Assembly (NCBI GenBank): GCA_035285125.1
Contig: JAYKHR010000063.1
Location: forward strand, 1-26,995
DNA from: Candidatus Sericytochromatia bacterium
Lineage (GTDB): Bacteria > Cyanobacteriota > Sericytochromatia > S15B-MN24 > JAQBPE01
Direction: 5' to 3'
DNA length: 26,995 nt
Made by a program: the position numbers and the translations under genes. Shown one piece after another: positions 1-8,677 of this stretch; the stretch's first letter is position 1; each line of letters begins with the position of its first letter. A model generated the notes under the pieces. The model saw only the letters and a program-made list of their open reading frames with translations, was not told where the DNA came from and ran no database searches.

Positions 1-212
1 GGTGCTCCGTGGAAGGCGTCGGGTGGCCCCGTCGGCCCGGCTTTGGCGGATGCGCGTCCGAAGCCGAGGGCGGCGAGGGGGGCAAGAAGCGATGTGCAAG
101 CCATACCCCGTGCCTTGTGGGAGGACACCCCGGGCTCCTGACCCCTGAATCCTGGATAGCGACCGAGCGAGGTAACCCGCATGGCTGGGAAAGGCCCCGC
201 CAGAAAACGGGC

Positions 213-243
213 TCCCCGCTCCCCGGCGACCAGGGAGCGGGGA
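213..243 (-). terminator. GC-rich hairpin, probable terminator of argR-argG
   Basis: TCCCCGCTCCC(CGG)..(CCA)GGGAGCGGGGA inverted repeat; on the minus strand it is followed by GCCCGTTTT, ~135 nt after the argG stop. Confidence 0.5.
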
Positions 244-377
244 TGCCCCCACCCGATGGGGGCTGTCCACCTCCGCACGGGGTGATGGCCTCAGCCCCAT
301 GGGCCGGACGCAGGGACCGGTGGGACGTTCCCAACAGCCGTCTCCCCGCGCCCGACGACGGGGCGGCCCATCAGCCC

Positions 378-1601
378 TCAGGCCAGGGCGGGGAGCGGGC
401 CTGCCTCGGCGGCGCGCAGCCCGAGCCGGAGGGCGTTGAGCCTGATGAAGCCCCCAGCGTCGCGCTGATCGAAGACCTCATCGGCCTCGAAGGTCGCGAG
501 GCGCTCGTCGTAGAGCGAGCACGGCGAGCGCCGCCCTGTCACGGCGAGGCCTCCCCGGCCGAGCCTGAGCCGCACCTCTCCCGTGACGTGCCGCTGGGTC
601 TCCTCGACCACGGTGCGCAGCAGCCTGGCCTCCGGCGCGTGCCAGAAGCCCTGGTAAACGCCCTCGGCGAACGTCGCGCCGAGCGAGTCCCGCAGCCGCA
701 TCACCTCCCGGTCCAGCGTGATGGACTCCAGCGCCCGGTGGGCCGCCTGCAGGATCGTCACGCCCGGCGTCTCGTACACGCCCCGGCTCTTGAGCCCCAC
801 GAAGCGGTTCTCGACGAGGTCGACGCGGCCGATGCCGTGCGCCCCGCCCAGGCGGTTGACGGCCTCGAGCAGGGCGACGGGCGACAGGGCCACGCCATCG
901 AGGGTGGTGGGTTCACCGGCGTGGAAGCCGACCACGAGGTCCCGTGGCTCAGCCGTCACGTCCTCCGGGGCCACCGTCAGCTGGAACATCTCCGGGGGCG
1001 GCGCTTGCCAGGGGTCCTCGAGGATGCCCCCCTCATGCGAGACGTGCATGAGGTTGCGATCGGTGGAGTAAGGCTTCTCGGCCGTGGCCGTGACGGGGAT
1101 GCCATGCCGCGCGGCGTAGGCGAGCAGGTCCGCCCGGCCCCTGAAGGCCCACTCGCGCCAGGGTGCCAGCACCTTCAACGCAGGGGCCAGCGCGTGGTAG
1201 GTGAGCTCGAACCGGACCTGGTCGTTGCCCTTGCCCGTCGCCCCGTGGGCCACGGCATCTGCCCCGACGCGCTGCGCCACCTCGACCTGACGCCTGGCGA
1301 TGAGGGGCCGGGCGAGCGCGGTGCCCAGCAAGTAGGCGCCTTCGTAGACCGCGTTCGCCTTGACGGCGGTCCAGACGTGCTCCCGGACAAACGCCTCGCG
1401 GAGGTCCTCGATGATGACCTCCGAGGCGCCGGTGCTGCGCGCACGGGCCTCGAGACCGGCGAGCTCTTGCCCCTGACCGACGTCGGCGCAGAAAGCGACC
1501 ACCTCGCAGCCGTGCTGGGCCTTGAGCCAGTGCAGCATGACCGAGGTGTCGAGCCCTCCGGAGTAAGCGAGCACCACCTTGGTGGGAATGCGGGATGTCA
1601 T
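378..1601 (-). CDS. argG: argininosuccinate synthase
   Basis: KVVLAYSGGLDTS, AHGATGKGNDQVRF, YSTDRNL and KSRGVYETPG motifs; 407 aa. Confidence 0.98.
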   Translation of the reverse strand: MTSRIPTKVVLAYSGGLDTSVMLHWLKAQHGCEVVAFCADVGQGQELAGLEARARSTGASEVIIEDLREAFVREHVWTAVKANAVYEGAYLLGTALARPLIARRQVEVAQRVGADAVAHGATGKGNDQVRFELTYHALAPALKVLAPWREWAFRGRADLLAYAARHGIPVTATAEKPYSTDRNLMHVSHEGGILEDPWQAPPPEMFQLTVAPEDVTAEPRDLVVGFHAGEPTTLDGVALSPVALLEAVNRLGGAHGIGRVDLVENRFVGLKSRGVYETPGVTILQAAHRALESITLDREVMRLRDSLGATFAEGVYQGFWHAPEARLLRTVVEETQRHVTGEVRLRLGRGGLAVTGRRSPCSLYDERLATFEADEVFDQRDAGGFIRLNALRLGLRAAEAGPLPALA

Positions 1602-2026
1602 GAGAGAACCTCCTGGTCGAACAGAGCCCGGATGCGCGCCTGCACGGCTGCGGCCTCCCGGGCCTCACGGATGGCGATGAACACGGTGTCGAGGCCAGCC
1701 ACGGTGCCGACGACGCCCGGCAGCCCGGCGCGGTCCAGCTGATAGGCAATCGCCAGGGCCTGCCCGGTCTCGCACCGGAGCACCAGCAGGCCGCCGCTGG
1801 CAGCCTCCAGCGCCTGGATCGTCAGGCCGCTCGACGCCTCGCGGGGTTGTTGCACGTAGTGGCCGTGAGCCTTGACGATGCCAAGGGCCTCGAGGTCGCG
1901 CGAAACGCTCGACTGGTTGACGGTGTGGCCAGCCCGCGCGAGCTCATCCATCAGCTCCTGCTGCGTGCTGATGCGCTTGGCCCGGATGAGCCCCAGGATC
2001 GTCTGTTGTCGTCGCTGCTTGGACAT
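1598..2026 (-). CDS. argR: arginine repressor
   Basis: TQQEL..L...G..VNQSSVSRDL winged HTH and C-terminal GTVAGLDTVF; start chosen at MSKQRR (2026), downstream of the promoter; ATGA overlap with argG. Confidence 0.95.
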   Translation of the reverse strand: MSKQRRQQTILGLIRAKRISTQQELMDELARAGHTVNQSSVSRDLEALGIVKAHGHYVQQPREASSGLTIQALEAASGGLLVLRCETGQALAIAYQLDRAGLPGVVGTVAGLDTVFIAIREAREAAAVQARIRALFDQEVLS

Positions 2027-2064
2027 GTCGTCGGCCCTCGGTGGCAGGGGCGCCCTGGCGCCGC

Positions 2065-2105
2065 TTGCATAAACGCATATTATATGCATAAAATGAGGTT
2101 GTCAA
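2065..2105. promoter_or_regulatory. overlapping divergent sigma70-type promoters with ARG-box-like operator
   Basis: Minus: TTGACA (2105-2100), N17 to TAATAT or N15 to TATAAT. Plus: TTGCAT (2065-2070), N18, TAAAAT (2089-2094). TGCATAAA occurs twice and GCATA-TTA-TATGC is a dyad in an AT-rich island. Confidence 0.8.
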
Positions 2106-2136
2106 GCTTCACCCACGACCAGAGGAGGGTCGACCG

Positions 2137-3519
2137 ATGCCACAGGGAGCCACGCTGTGGGGAGGGCGCTTCGAGGAGGCGCCCGATCCCACCTTCAGCC
2201 AGTTCAACCAGTCCTGGGGCGTGGACCGCCGCCTGCTCCACGCCGACGTGCTCGGCTCGATGGCGCACTGCCGGGGCCTCGCAGGCGCCGGCGTGCTCTC
2301 GGCGGTGGAGGCAGCCACCATCCTCGACGGCTTGCGCCAGATCCAGGAAGCCGCCACCCCCGAGGGCCTGGCTGCCAGCGCGGCCGAGGACGTGCACGCC
2401 TACATCGAGGCCACGTTGCACGGCCTCATCGGCGATCTCGCCTTCAAGCTGCACACGGGCCGGAGCCGCAACGATCAGGTGGCGACGGCGCTGCGGCTGT
2501 GGCTCCGGGAGGAAGTGGCCGGGGTGATCGCACTCGTCCGGCGGGTGCAGGCCGCGCTGCTCGACCTGGCGGAGCGGCACCCGGATGCGGTGCTGCCCGG
2601 CTACACGCACCTCCAGCGGGCCCAGCCCATCTTGTGGGCCCACTGGTGCCTGGCTCACTTCGAGGCGCTCTCGAGGGACGTGGCTCGGCTCGAGGAGGTG
2701 TACGGGCGCACCAACGTGATGCCGCTCGGCGCCGCCGCCCTGGCCGGCACGGGCTTCCCGATCGACCGTGAGGCCGTCGCCCGCGACCTTGGCTTTGCCG
2801 CCCCGTGCCGGAACAGCCTGGACGCCGTGGGCGATCGGGACTTCTGCGTGGAGTTCGCGAGCGCCGCCTCGCTGGTGATGGTCCACCTGTCCAGGCTTGC
2901 CGAGGATCTCGTGATCTTCGCCAGCCGAGAGTTCGGCTTCATCTCGCTCGCGGACGCGGTGGCCGCGGGCTCGAGCCTCATGCCCCAGAAGAAGAACCCG
3001 GACGCCCTGGAGCTCGTCCGGGGCAAGGCGGGGCGCGTCTTCGGCCACCTCACGGCGCTGCTGACGATGCTCAAGGGGCTTCCGATGGCTTACAACAAGG
3101 ATTTGCAGGAAGACAAGCAGGCCGTGTTCGACACCGTCGACACCCTGCGCGGGAGCCTGGCCGTGACCGCCACGGTGCTCGACCATACGCGCTTGCGCGA
3201 GGACGTCGCCGCGCAGGCCGCTGGCCGGGGCGCCTTGAATGCCACGGAGCTGGCGGACCACCTGGTCCGCCAAGGGGTGCCGTTCCGGCAAGCCCACGCA
3301 CTCGTCGGCAAGCTCGTGCTGCAGGCCGAGCAGCTGGACGTCGAGCTTCACGACATGCCGCTGGAGGCGCTGCAGGCGGTGTGCCCGGCGATCGACGAGG
3401 AGGTCCGCGCGGCGCTCTCGATGGCGCGCACCCTGGCGAGCAAGGGCCAGCTGGGCGGCACCGCTCCCCGGCGGGTCCAAGAGGCGCTCAGGCAGGCCCG
3501 GGCCGCGCTGCCTGCCTGA
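2137..3519 (+). CDS. argH: argininosuccinate lyase
   Basis: LWGGRF, LHTGRSRNDQV, PGYTHLQRAQP, GSSLMPQKKNPD, YNKDLQEDK; AGGAGG RBS. Confidence 0.98.
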   Translation: MPQGATLWGGRFEEAPDPTFSQFNQSWGVDRRLLHADVLGSMAHCRGLAGAGVLSAVEAATILDGLRQIQEAATPEGLAASAAEDVHAYIEATLHGLIGDLAFKLHTGRSRNDQVATALRLWLREEVAGVIALVRRVQAALLDLAERHPDAVLPGYTHLQRAQPILWAHWCLAHFEALSRDVARLEEVYGRTNVMPLGAAALAGTGFPIDREAVARDLGFAAPCRNSLDAVGDRDFCVEFASAASLVMVHLSRLAEDLVIFASREFGFISLADAVAAGSSLMPQKKNPDALELVRGKAGRVFGHLTALLTMLKGLPMAYNKDLQEDKQAVFDTVDTLRGSLAVTATVLDHTRLREDVAAQAAGRGALNATELADHLVRQGVPFRQAHALVGKLVLQAEQLDVELHDMPLEALQAVCPAIDEEVRAALSMARTLASKGQLGGTAPRRVQEALRQARAALPA

Positions 3520-3599
3520 GCGCCATCCTCGGCCAGGGGGAACAGCCCTGCGACTCCCACCGGGTATGATGCAAGGGCCGCCCCCCTGGAACCGACGCC

Positions 3600-4799
3600 A
3601 TGGTCACCCGCCGCCTCGACGCCAAGTGCCAGATCACCCTGGAGGTCCACGCCCCGACCACGCCCGCGCGCGGTCGGGTGTACCTGGCGAGCTCCCTCAA
3701 CGACTGGCGCACGGATGACCCCGCGATGCGGTTCGAGGAGGTCGAACCGGGGCGCTACCGCCTCACGCTCGCGCTCGCGCGCGGCACGGTGGTCGAGTAC
3801 AAGGTCACGCGGGGCACCTGGCGCACCGTCGAGGTGGACGACCGCGGCATGGAACTCGAGAACCGCAAGCTCACGGTCTTCGGGGCCACCTCGCTGCGGC
3901 TCGACGTGCCGCACTGGCGCGACCAGGCCAGCGCACGCAGGCCGGCCCGGCGGCGGGCCACGGACGTCGCGATCGTGGGCCCGATCGCCATCCCCGCGCT
4001 CGACCGCGAGCGGGAGGTGGCCGTGTACCTGCCGCCCGGCTACCACACCGAGCCCAACCGGCGGTACCCCGTGCTGTACATGTTCGACGGGCAGAACCTG
4101 TTCGACCCCGGCACGGCGTTCAACCAGGAGTGGGCCGTCGATGACGTCTGCGAGCGCCTGATCCGGGCCGGCCGCCTGGCCCCCCTGATCGTCGTGGGCA
4201 TCTACAACGGCGAGGCCAAGCGCACCAGCGAGCTCTCCCCCTGGAAGGACGCCCGCCTCGACGCCATGGGCGAGGGCCACGCCTTCATGCGCTGGATCGT
4301 GAGCGACCTCAAGGACCACGTCGACACCCACTACCGCACCCTCACGGGGCCCGAGCACACGGGGCTCGCGGGCTCGTCGATGGGGGGGCTCGCGGCGCTG
4401 TTCGGCGTCTACCGCTACCCGCTGGTGTTCGGTCGCGTGGCTGCGCTGTCGCCGGCCTTCTGGTTCGCCCGCAGCCAGATCTTCCGCTACGTCGCCACGA
4501 TGCCGCCCCCCTTGCAGGCCCGCGTCTACATGGACTGCGGCGAGCTCGAGACCACGCGCGTCCACCCGAAGCGCGACTTCTACCGCGTGGCGGCCTCGAT
4601 GGTCGACCTGCTGGAGCTCCAGGGCTTCAAGCGCGAGGAGTCCATGCGCTGGGTCAGCGACCCCCACGGCACCCACTCCGAGGCGGACTGGGCGCGCAGG
4701 CTCGGCCCCGCGCTGGAGTGGCTGTTCCCGGGGCCGGGCGGCCAGAAGGCCGGCAGCGCCGCCCCCGGCAGGGGCACGCGTCGGCTCTCGCGGTCGTGA
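3600..4799 (+). CDS. alpha/beta-hydrolase (putative esterase) with N-terminal CBM20-like domain
   Basis: VYLPPGY..RYPVLYMFDGQN, nucleophile GSSMGG, GTHSE..W; N-terminal VYLAS.LNDW..VEYKVTRG.W starch-binding-like domain. Confidence 0.85.
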   Translation: MVTRRLDAKCQITLEVHAPTTPARGRVYLASSLNDWRTDDPAMRFEEVEPGRYRLTLALARGTVVEYKVTRGTWRTVEVDDRGMELENRKLTVFGATSLRLDVPHWRDQASARRPARRRATDVAIVGPIAIPALDREREVAVYLPPGYHTEPNRRYPVLYMFDGQNLFDPGTAFNQEWAVDDVCERLIRAGRLAPLIVVGIYNGEAKRTSELSPWKDARLDAMGEGHAFMRWIVSDLKDHVDTHYRTLTGPEHTGLAGSSMGGLAALFGVYRYPLVFGRVAALSPAFWFARSQIFRYVATMPPPLQARVYMDCGELETTRVHPKRDFYRVAASMVDLLELQGFKREESMRWVSDPHGTHSEADWARRLGPALEWLFPGPGGQKAGSAAPGRGTRRLSRS

Positions 4800-4943
4800 G
4801 GCGCCCGGCTTCATCTTGGCGCAAGTCGTGCCGATGATCACCATGGCCACCGGCCAGCGAGCAAGCTGGGACCGGTGGGGGTATAATCTGCCATAACGGG
4901 GACGGATCCTCGGACGCACGTTCACTCACGGAGGAGGAACGGC

Positions 4944-5510
4944 ATGGAAAAGTCTCGGGGCTCGGAGGCCTCCGACACCCAGATGGTCGGTCTGCTGGAC
5001 AACCCATCCCCCGATCCGAGCACCCCGCTGACGCTTCGGGTCCTTCCGGAGGCTGCGCCGGGCGACGTCGCCCCGCTGCCGGCGCTCGACGAGGTGCCAG
5101 CGCTCTTCCTCGCGCTGCTCGGCCGCACGGAGCCAGCGCTCTCGGCTTACGAGGAGCGCGTGGTGCGGGCCTGCCTGTGCCTGGCGGGCGAGCAACTGGC
5201 CCCACTCGGGGGCCTCGATCCGGAGTTCTACGCGGCCGTGCTGGCCTTCAAGGAACGGCAGGGGCTGCGGCCCGTGGACCCGCGGCTCGACCTGCCCACG
5301 CTCACGCGCATCGTCCACTGCGCCGCCTGGGCAGTGGGCAACCCCAACGGCTCGTGGTCGGCCAGGCTGCGGGCCGTCACCTTCGACTTCCTGCGGGCGC
5401 CCGGCCTCGTGGCCGAGGTGCCGGGCATCGCCAACCTCGTGCGCGAGCTCAAGGGCGGGCGGACGCGGATGCCGAGCATGCCCCCGGTGAGGCTGCCGCC
5501 CGAGGGCTGA
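4944..5510 (+). CDS. hypothetical protein with degenerate peptidoglycan-binding-like domain
   Basis: GGAGGAGG RBS and TATAAT at 4882-4887; segment ..AAVLAFKERQGL..D..LD..TL resembles PG_binding_1. Confidence 0.6.
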   Translation: MEKSRGSEASDTQMVGLLDNPSPDPSTPLTLRVLPEAAPGDVAPLPALDEVPALFLALLGRTEPALSAYEERVVRACLCLAGEQLAPLGGLDPEFYAAVLAFKERQGLRPVDPRLDLPTLTRIVHCAAWAVGNPNGSWSARLRAVTFDFLRAPGLVAEVPGIANLVRELKGGRTRMPSMPPVRLPPEG

Positions 5511-5585
5511 GCGAGCCTGGACACCGCCCGACCGGCCGTGGGACCATGCCCCCGGGGCCAGGCCCCGCGAGGAGGCAACGGCGCC

Positions 5586-6422
5586 GTGGACAAGCTCATC
5601 ATCACGTGCGCGCCCGTGGGCGCGGAGGTCACGAAGGCCGACAACCCGGCGGTGCCCTACGGCCCGCGCGAGATCGCCGAGGCCTCGCTGGCGGCGGTGG
5701 CGGCCGGGGCCAGCCTCGTTCACCTGCACGCCCGCGACGAACAGGGCGTGCCCAGCCAGGACCCGGCGCTCTTCCGCGACCTCTTCGCGCGCATCCGCGC
5801 GGAGGCGAACCCCATCTTGCAGCTCTCCACGGGTGGGGCCGTCACGGCGACGACGGCCGAGCGGCTTGCGCCCCTCGATGACCCCGCCTGCGTGGCGGCG
5901 CTGGAGATGGCGTCGTTCACCTGCGGCACCGTGAACTTCGGCGACGAGGTGTTCATGAACAGCCCGGAGTTTCTGCGGGCGCTGGCCCGGAAGCTCAAAG
6001 AGACGGGCATCAAGCCGGAGGTCGAGGTCTTCGAGCCTGGCATGATCGCGAACGCCCTGCGGCTCGCGAGGCAGGGCGAGCTCGCGCACCCGCTGCACTT
6101 CGACTTCGTGCTCGGCGTGCCAGGCGCGATGCCGGGCGGCGTGCGCCAGCTGCAGTTCCTGGTGGACTCGCTGCCTGCGCTGTGCACGTGGAGCGTGGCG
6201 GGCGTGGGCAGCCAGCAGCTGCCGATGGCGACGATGGCCATCCTGATGGGCGGCCACGTGCGCGTGGGGCTCGAGGACAACCTCTTCTACCGCAAGGGCG
6301 AGCTCGCCGAGAGCAACGCCCAGCTCGTGGCCCGCGTCGTGCGCCTCGCCCACGAGCTCGGCCGCGAGGTCGCGACGCCCGACGAGGCGCGCGCCATCCT
6401 CGGCCTGTCCCCCCGCCCCTGA
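5586..6422 (+). CDS. kce: 3-keto-5-aminohexanoate cleavage enzyme (BKACE/DUF849)
   Basis: KLIITCA..GAE, VHLHAR, STGG, GHVRVGLEDN; GTG start after AGGAGG; adjacent to kdd. Confidence 0.9.
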   Translation: MDKLIITCAPVGAEVTKADNPAVPYGPREIAEASLAAVAAGASLVHLHARDEQGVPSQDPALFRDLFARIRAEANPILQLSTGGAVTATTAERLAPLDDPACVAALEMASFTCGTVNFGDEVFMNSPEFLRALARKLKETGIKPEVEVFEPGMIANALRLARQGELAHPLHFDFVLGVPGAMPGGVRQLQFLVDSLPALCTWSVAGVGSQQLPMATMAILMGGHVRVGLEDNLFYRKGELAESNAQLVARVVRLAHELGREVATPDEARAILGLSPRP

Positions 6423-6436
6423 GCCGGAGCGCCCCG

Positions 6437-7465
6437 ATGACCCTGACCGCCCTCGACGAGAGCCCCTTCGGTGTCCACCGCGTCGCCGCCCCGGCCGGCG
6501 TGCTGCCCTACCAGGCCCAGCGGCTGGAGCTCGACTCGCCCCTGCGGGCGCACGAGGTGCGCATCGCCGTTGAGAAGCTGAACCTCGACTCGGCGAGCTT
6601 CTACCAGCTCAAGCAGGAGACGGGTGGCGACATGGAGGCCCTCAAGGCGCGCGTGGCCGCCATCGTGGCCGAGCGCGGCAAGATGCACAACCCCGTCACG
6701 GGCTCGGGCGGCGTGCTGATCGGGCGCGTATCGGAGGTCGGCGCCGCCAGGCACGACGTGAAGGTGGGGGACCGCGTCATCACGCTCGTCTCGCTCACGA
6801 CCACGCCGCTGCGGCTGACGGCGCTCGGGGAGGTCATCCCTGCCGCCCACCAGCTTCACGCCACGGGCGAGGCCATCCTCTTCGCGCGCAGCCCCTTCGG
6901 GCACCTGCCGGCCGACATGGACGAGGACCTCGTGCTCTCCGTGCTCGACGTCGCGGGTGCGCCCGCGCAGGCCCACCGGCTCGCAAAGCCCGGGATGACG
7001 GTCGCCGTGCTGGGCGCCGGCGGGCGCAGCGGCCTGCTGTGCAGCTGGATCGCAGCCGCGCAGGTGGGCCCCACGGGCCGCGTGATCGCGCTGGAGTACA
7101 GCGAAGCGGGCCTCGCGAAGCTGGCGCGGGTGCCGGGCCCCGTGACCATCCAGCGGGTGGATGCCACGGACGCGCTGGCCGTCCGGCAGGCCGTCGAGGA
7201 GGCCACGGGCGGGGCGCTCGCGGACCTCGCGATCAACTGCGTGAACGTGCCCGGCACCGAGATGGCGAGCATCCTCGCCGTGCGGCCGCGCGGGATGGTG
7301 TATTTCTTCAGCATGGCGACCTCGTTCCAGGCCGCCGCCCTCGGCGCCGAGGCCGTTGGCCAGGACGTGGACCTGCTGATGGGCAACGGCTACGCCGAGG
7401 ACCACGCGGCCTACGCGCTGCAGGTGGTGCGGGAAAACCCGGTGCTGGCGGAGCTGGTGCGGTAG
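6437..7465 (+). CDS. kdd: L-erythro-3,5-diaminohexanoate dehydrogenase
   Basis: GVHRV..P.GVLP, LNLDSASF, KMHNPVTGSGG, LDVAGAPAQ, GAGGRSG, YFFSMATSF..AALGAE..G.DV...MGNGY. Confidence 0.92.
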   Translation: MTLTALDESPFGVHRVAAPAGVLPYQAQRLELDSPLRAHEVRIAVEKLNLDSASFYQLKQETGGDMEALKARVAAIVAERGKMHNPVTGSGGVLIGRVSEVGAARHDVKVGDRVITLVSLTTTPLRLTALGEVIPAAHQLHATGEAILFARSPFGHLPADMDEDLVLSVLDVAGAPAQAHRLAKPGMTVAVLGAGGRSGLLCSWIAAAQVGPTGRVIALEYSEAGLAKLARVPGPVTIQRVDATDALAVRQAVEEATGGALADLAINCVNVPGTEMASILAVRPRGMVYFFSMATSFQAAALGAEAVGQDVDLLMGNGYAEDHAAYALQVVRENPVLAELVR

Positions 7466-7467
7466 GG
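7345..7467 (+). repeat. direct repeat copy 1 (3' end of kdd)
   Basis: 118/123 identical to 10846-10968 by manual alignment. Confidence 0.95.
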
Positions 7468-7531
7468 GCCGCGGGCCAGGCCCGGCCACTTCCCCGCCAA
7501 GAAACAGCCCGCAAACACGCGGCAATCACGC

Positions 7532-8587
7532 ATGACGCCTGCGTTTTCGGTCGATGGTGTAGCTGTGCGCCACGATCGCCTGAACAAGCTGCTGTTCGAG
7601 ACCTTCTTCGAGCCGTTCCTGGCGGCCTTCGTGCCGGAGTTGGCGGCCGAGGTGGCGCCGGGCTCGCTGACCTCTATGAACCAGGAGGTGCTGGCGGAGG
7701 CGCTCGGGCAGGGCGATCTGCGCACGGATTTGGTGATGCGTGGCCAGGTGGCAGGTCAGGAGGCGTTCCTGCTGGTGCACCTGGAGGTCCAGGCCCAGCC
7801 CGATGGGAGCCTTTCGGAACGGATGTACCGCTACCACCAGCGGCTGGAGGTGAAGCACGGCCTGGCCGTGTACCCGGTCGCGGTGCTGACCTACGCATCG
7901 CGGCGGCCACAAGACGGATCGTATGTGCGGGTGGTGGGGGGGCGGGAGGTGGTGCGATTCAGCTACCATGTGGTGCAACTGAGCCAGCTCCGCTGGGAGG
8001 CTTATGCGGGGCTGGAAAATCCTGCGGCCGTGGCGCTGTTGCCGCACATGGCGGCTGCCCCCGGAGAGCGCGAGCGGGTAAGATGGGAGAGTTGGCGCCA
8101 GACAGTGCGGCTGGCACGGGGGATGCCTGTGCGGGCCCGGGAGATCCTGGTGAGGTACCTGAGGGCCTACGCGCCGCTATCTGCGGCGTCGCAGGTGCGG
8201 CTGGTGAGCGAGGCACGAAAGGAGCTTGGCATGACGCAAGAGGCCTATGACGACCCGTCCTGGCTGCCGACGCCGTTCCCGGACGTGACGCAGGAGATGC
8301 TGGAGGCGATTCTGATCCAGGAGTGGCGCGAGGAGGGGCTGGCAGCAGGCCGGGAGGAAGGTCTGAAGCTCGGCCGGCAGGAGGGCCGGCAGGAGGGCCG
8401 CCAGGAGGGCCGCCACGAAGCGGCCCTGCGACTGAGCTTGCGTGTGCTGGAGGCGAAGCTGGGGCAGCTACCGGCATCGACGTTGGCGCTTGTGGAAACT
8501 CAGCCGGTGGAGCGCCTGGAGGAGCTGGTGGGTGCCGTGTTCGGCCTGGCGGACGAGGAGGCCCTGAGGGTTTGGCTGGTGCGCTGA
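7532..8587 (+). CDS. Rpn/YhgA-like PD-(D/E)XK nuclease with C-terminal DUF4351-like domain
   Basis: HDRL.K.LF.TFF, RTDL..., VHLEVQ, ERMYRY, (GRQE)n repeats, LE.L...VF.L.D...L..WL; start could instead be GTG 7565. Confidence 0.88.
   Translation: MTPAFSVDGVAVRHDRLNKLLFETFFEPFLAAFVPELAAEVAPGSLTSMNQEVLAEALGQGDLRTDLVMRGQVAGQEAFLLVHLEVQAQPDGSLSERMYRYHQRLEVKHGLAVYPVAVLTYASRRPQDGSYVRVVGGREVVRFSYHVVQLSQLRWEAYAGLENPAAVALLPHMAAAPGERERVRWESWRQTVRLARGMPVRAREILVRYLRAYAPLSAASQVRLVSEARKELGMTQEAYDDPSWLPTPFPDVTQEMLEAILIQEWREEGLAAGREEGLKLGRQEGRQEGRQEGRHEAALRLSLRVLEAKLGQLPASTLALVETQPVERLEELVGAVFGLADEEALRVWLVR
8231..8587 (+). CDS. putative intragenic small product (RpnS-like antitoxin), 118 aa
   Basis: In-frame ATG preceded by AAAGGAG-N6, at the nuclease/C-terminal domain boundary. 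Confidence 0.55.
   Translation: MTQEAYDDPSWLPTPFPDVTQEMLEAILIQEWREEGLAAGREEGLKLGRQEGRQEGRQEGRHEAALRLSLRVLEAKLGQLPASTLALVETQPVERLEELVGAVFGLADEEALRVWLVR
8372..8419 (+). repeat. 12-bp tandem repeat x4 encoding GRQE
   Basis: GGCCGGCAGGAG x2, GGCCGCCAGGAG, GGCCGCCACGAA. Confidence 0.9.
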
Positions 8588-8677
8588 GGGCGTCGCGTCG
8601 AGTTCAATGCAGGCAGGTGGACAGGCCAAAGGGTGGCTGCGAAACGGCATCACTGGACGCTCAGCCCGAGAACCTCG

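Noticed and set aside
1..104. Minus-strand ORF start MACTSLLAP...
   Set aside because: No SD or recognisable sequence; more likely a promoter/5' UTR ending in GGAG for a gene beyond the window edge
9..1742. 577-aa plus-strand ORF and similar long ORFs (2080-3480, 3348-4925, 16077-18566, 18619-20796, 25772-26860)
   Set aside because: Antisense shadows of recognisable genes, expected from high-GC codon bias; no family motifs
2027..2089. Upstream extension of argR (MHIICV...)
   Set aside because: Start falls inside the promoter/operator; ArgR similarity begins at MSKQRR
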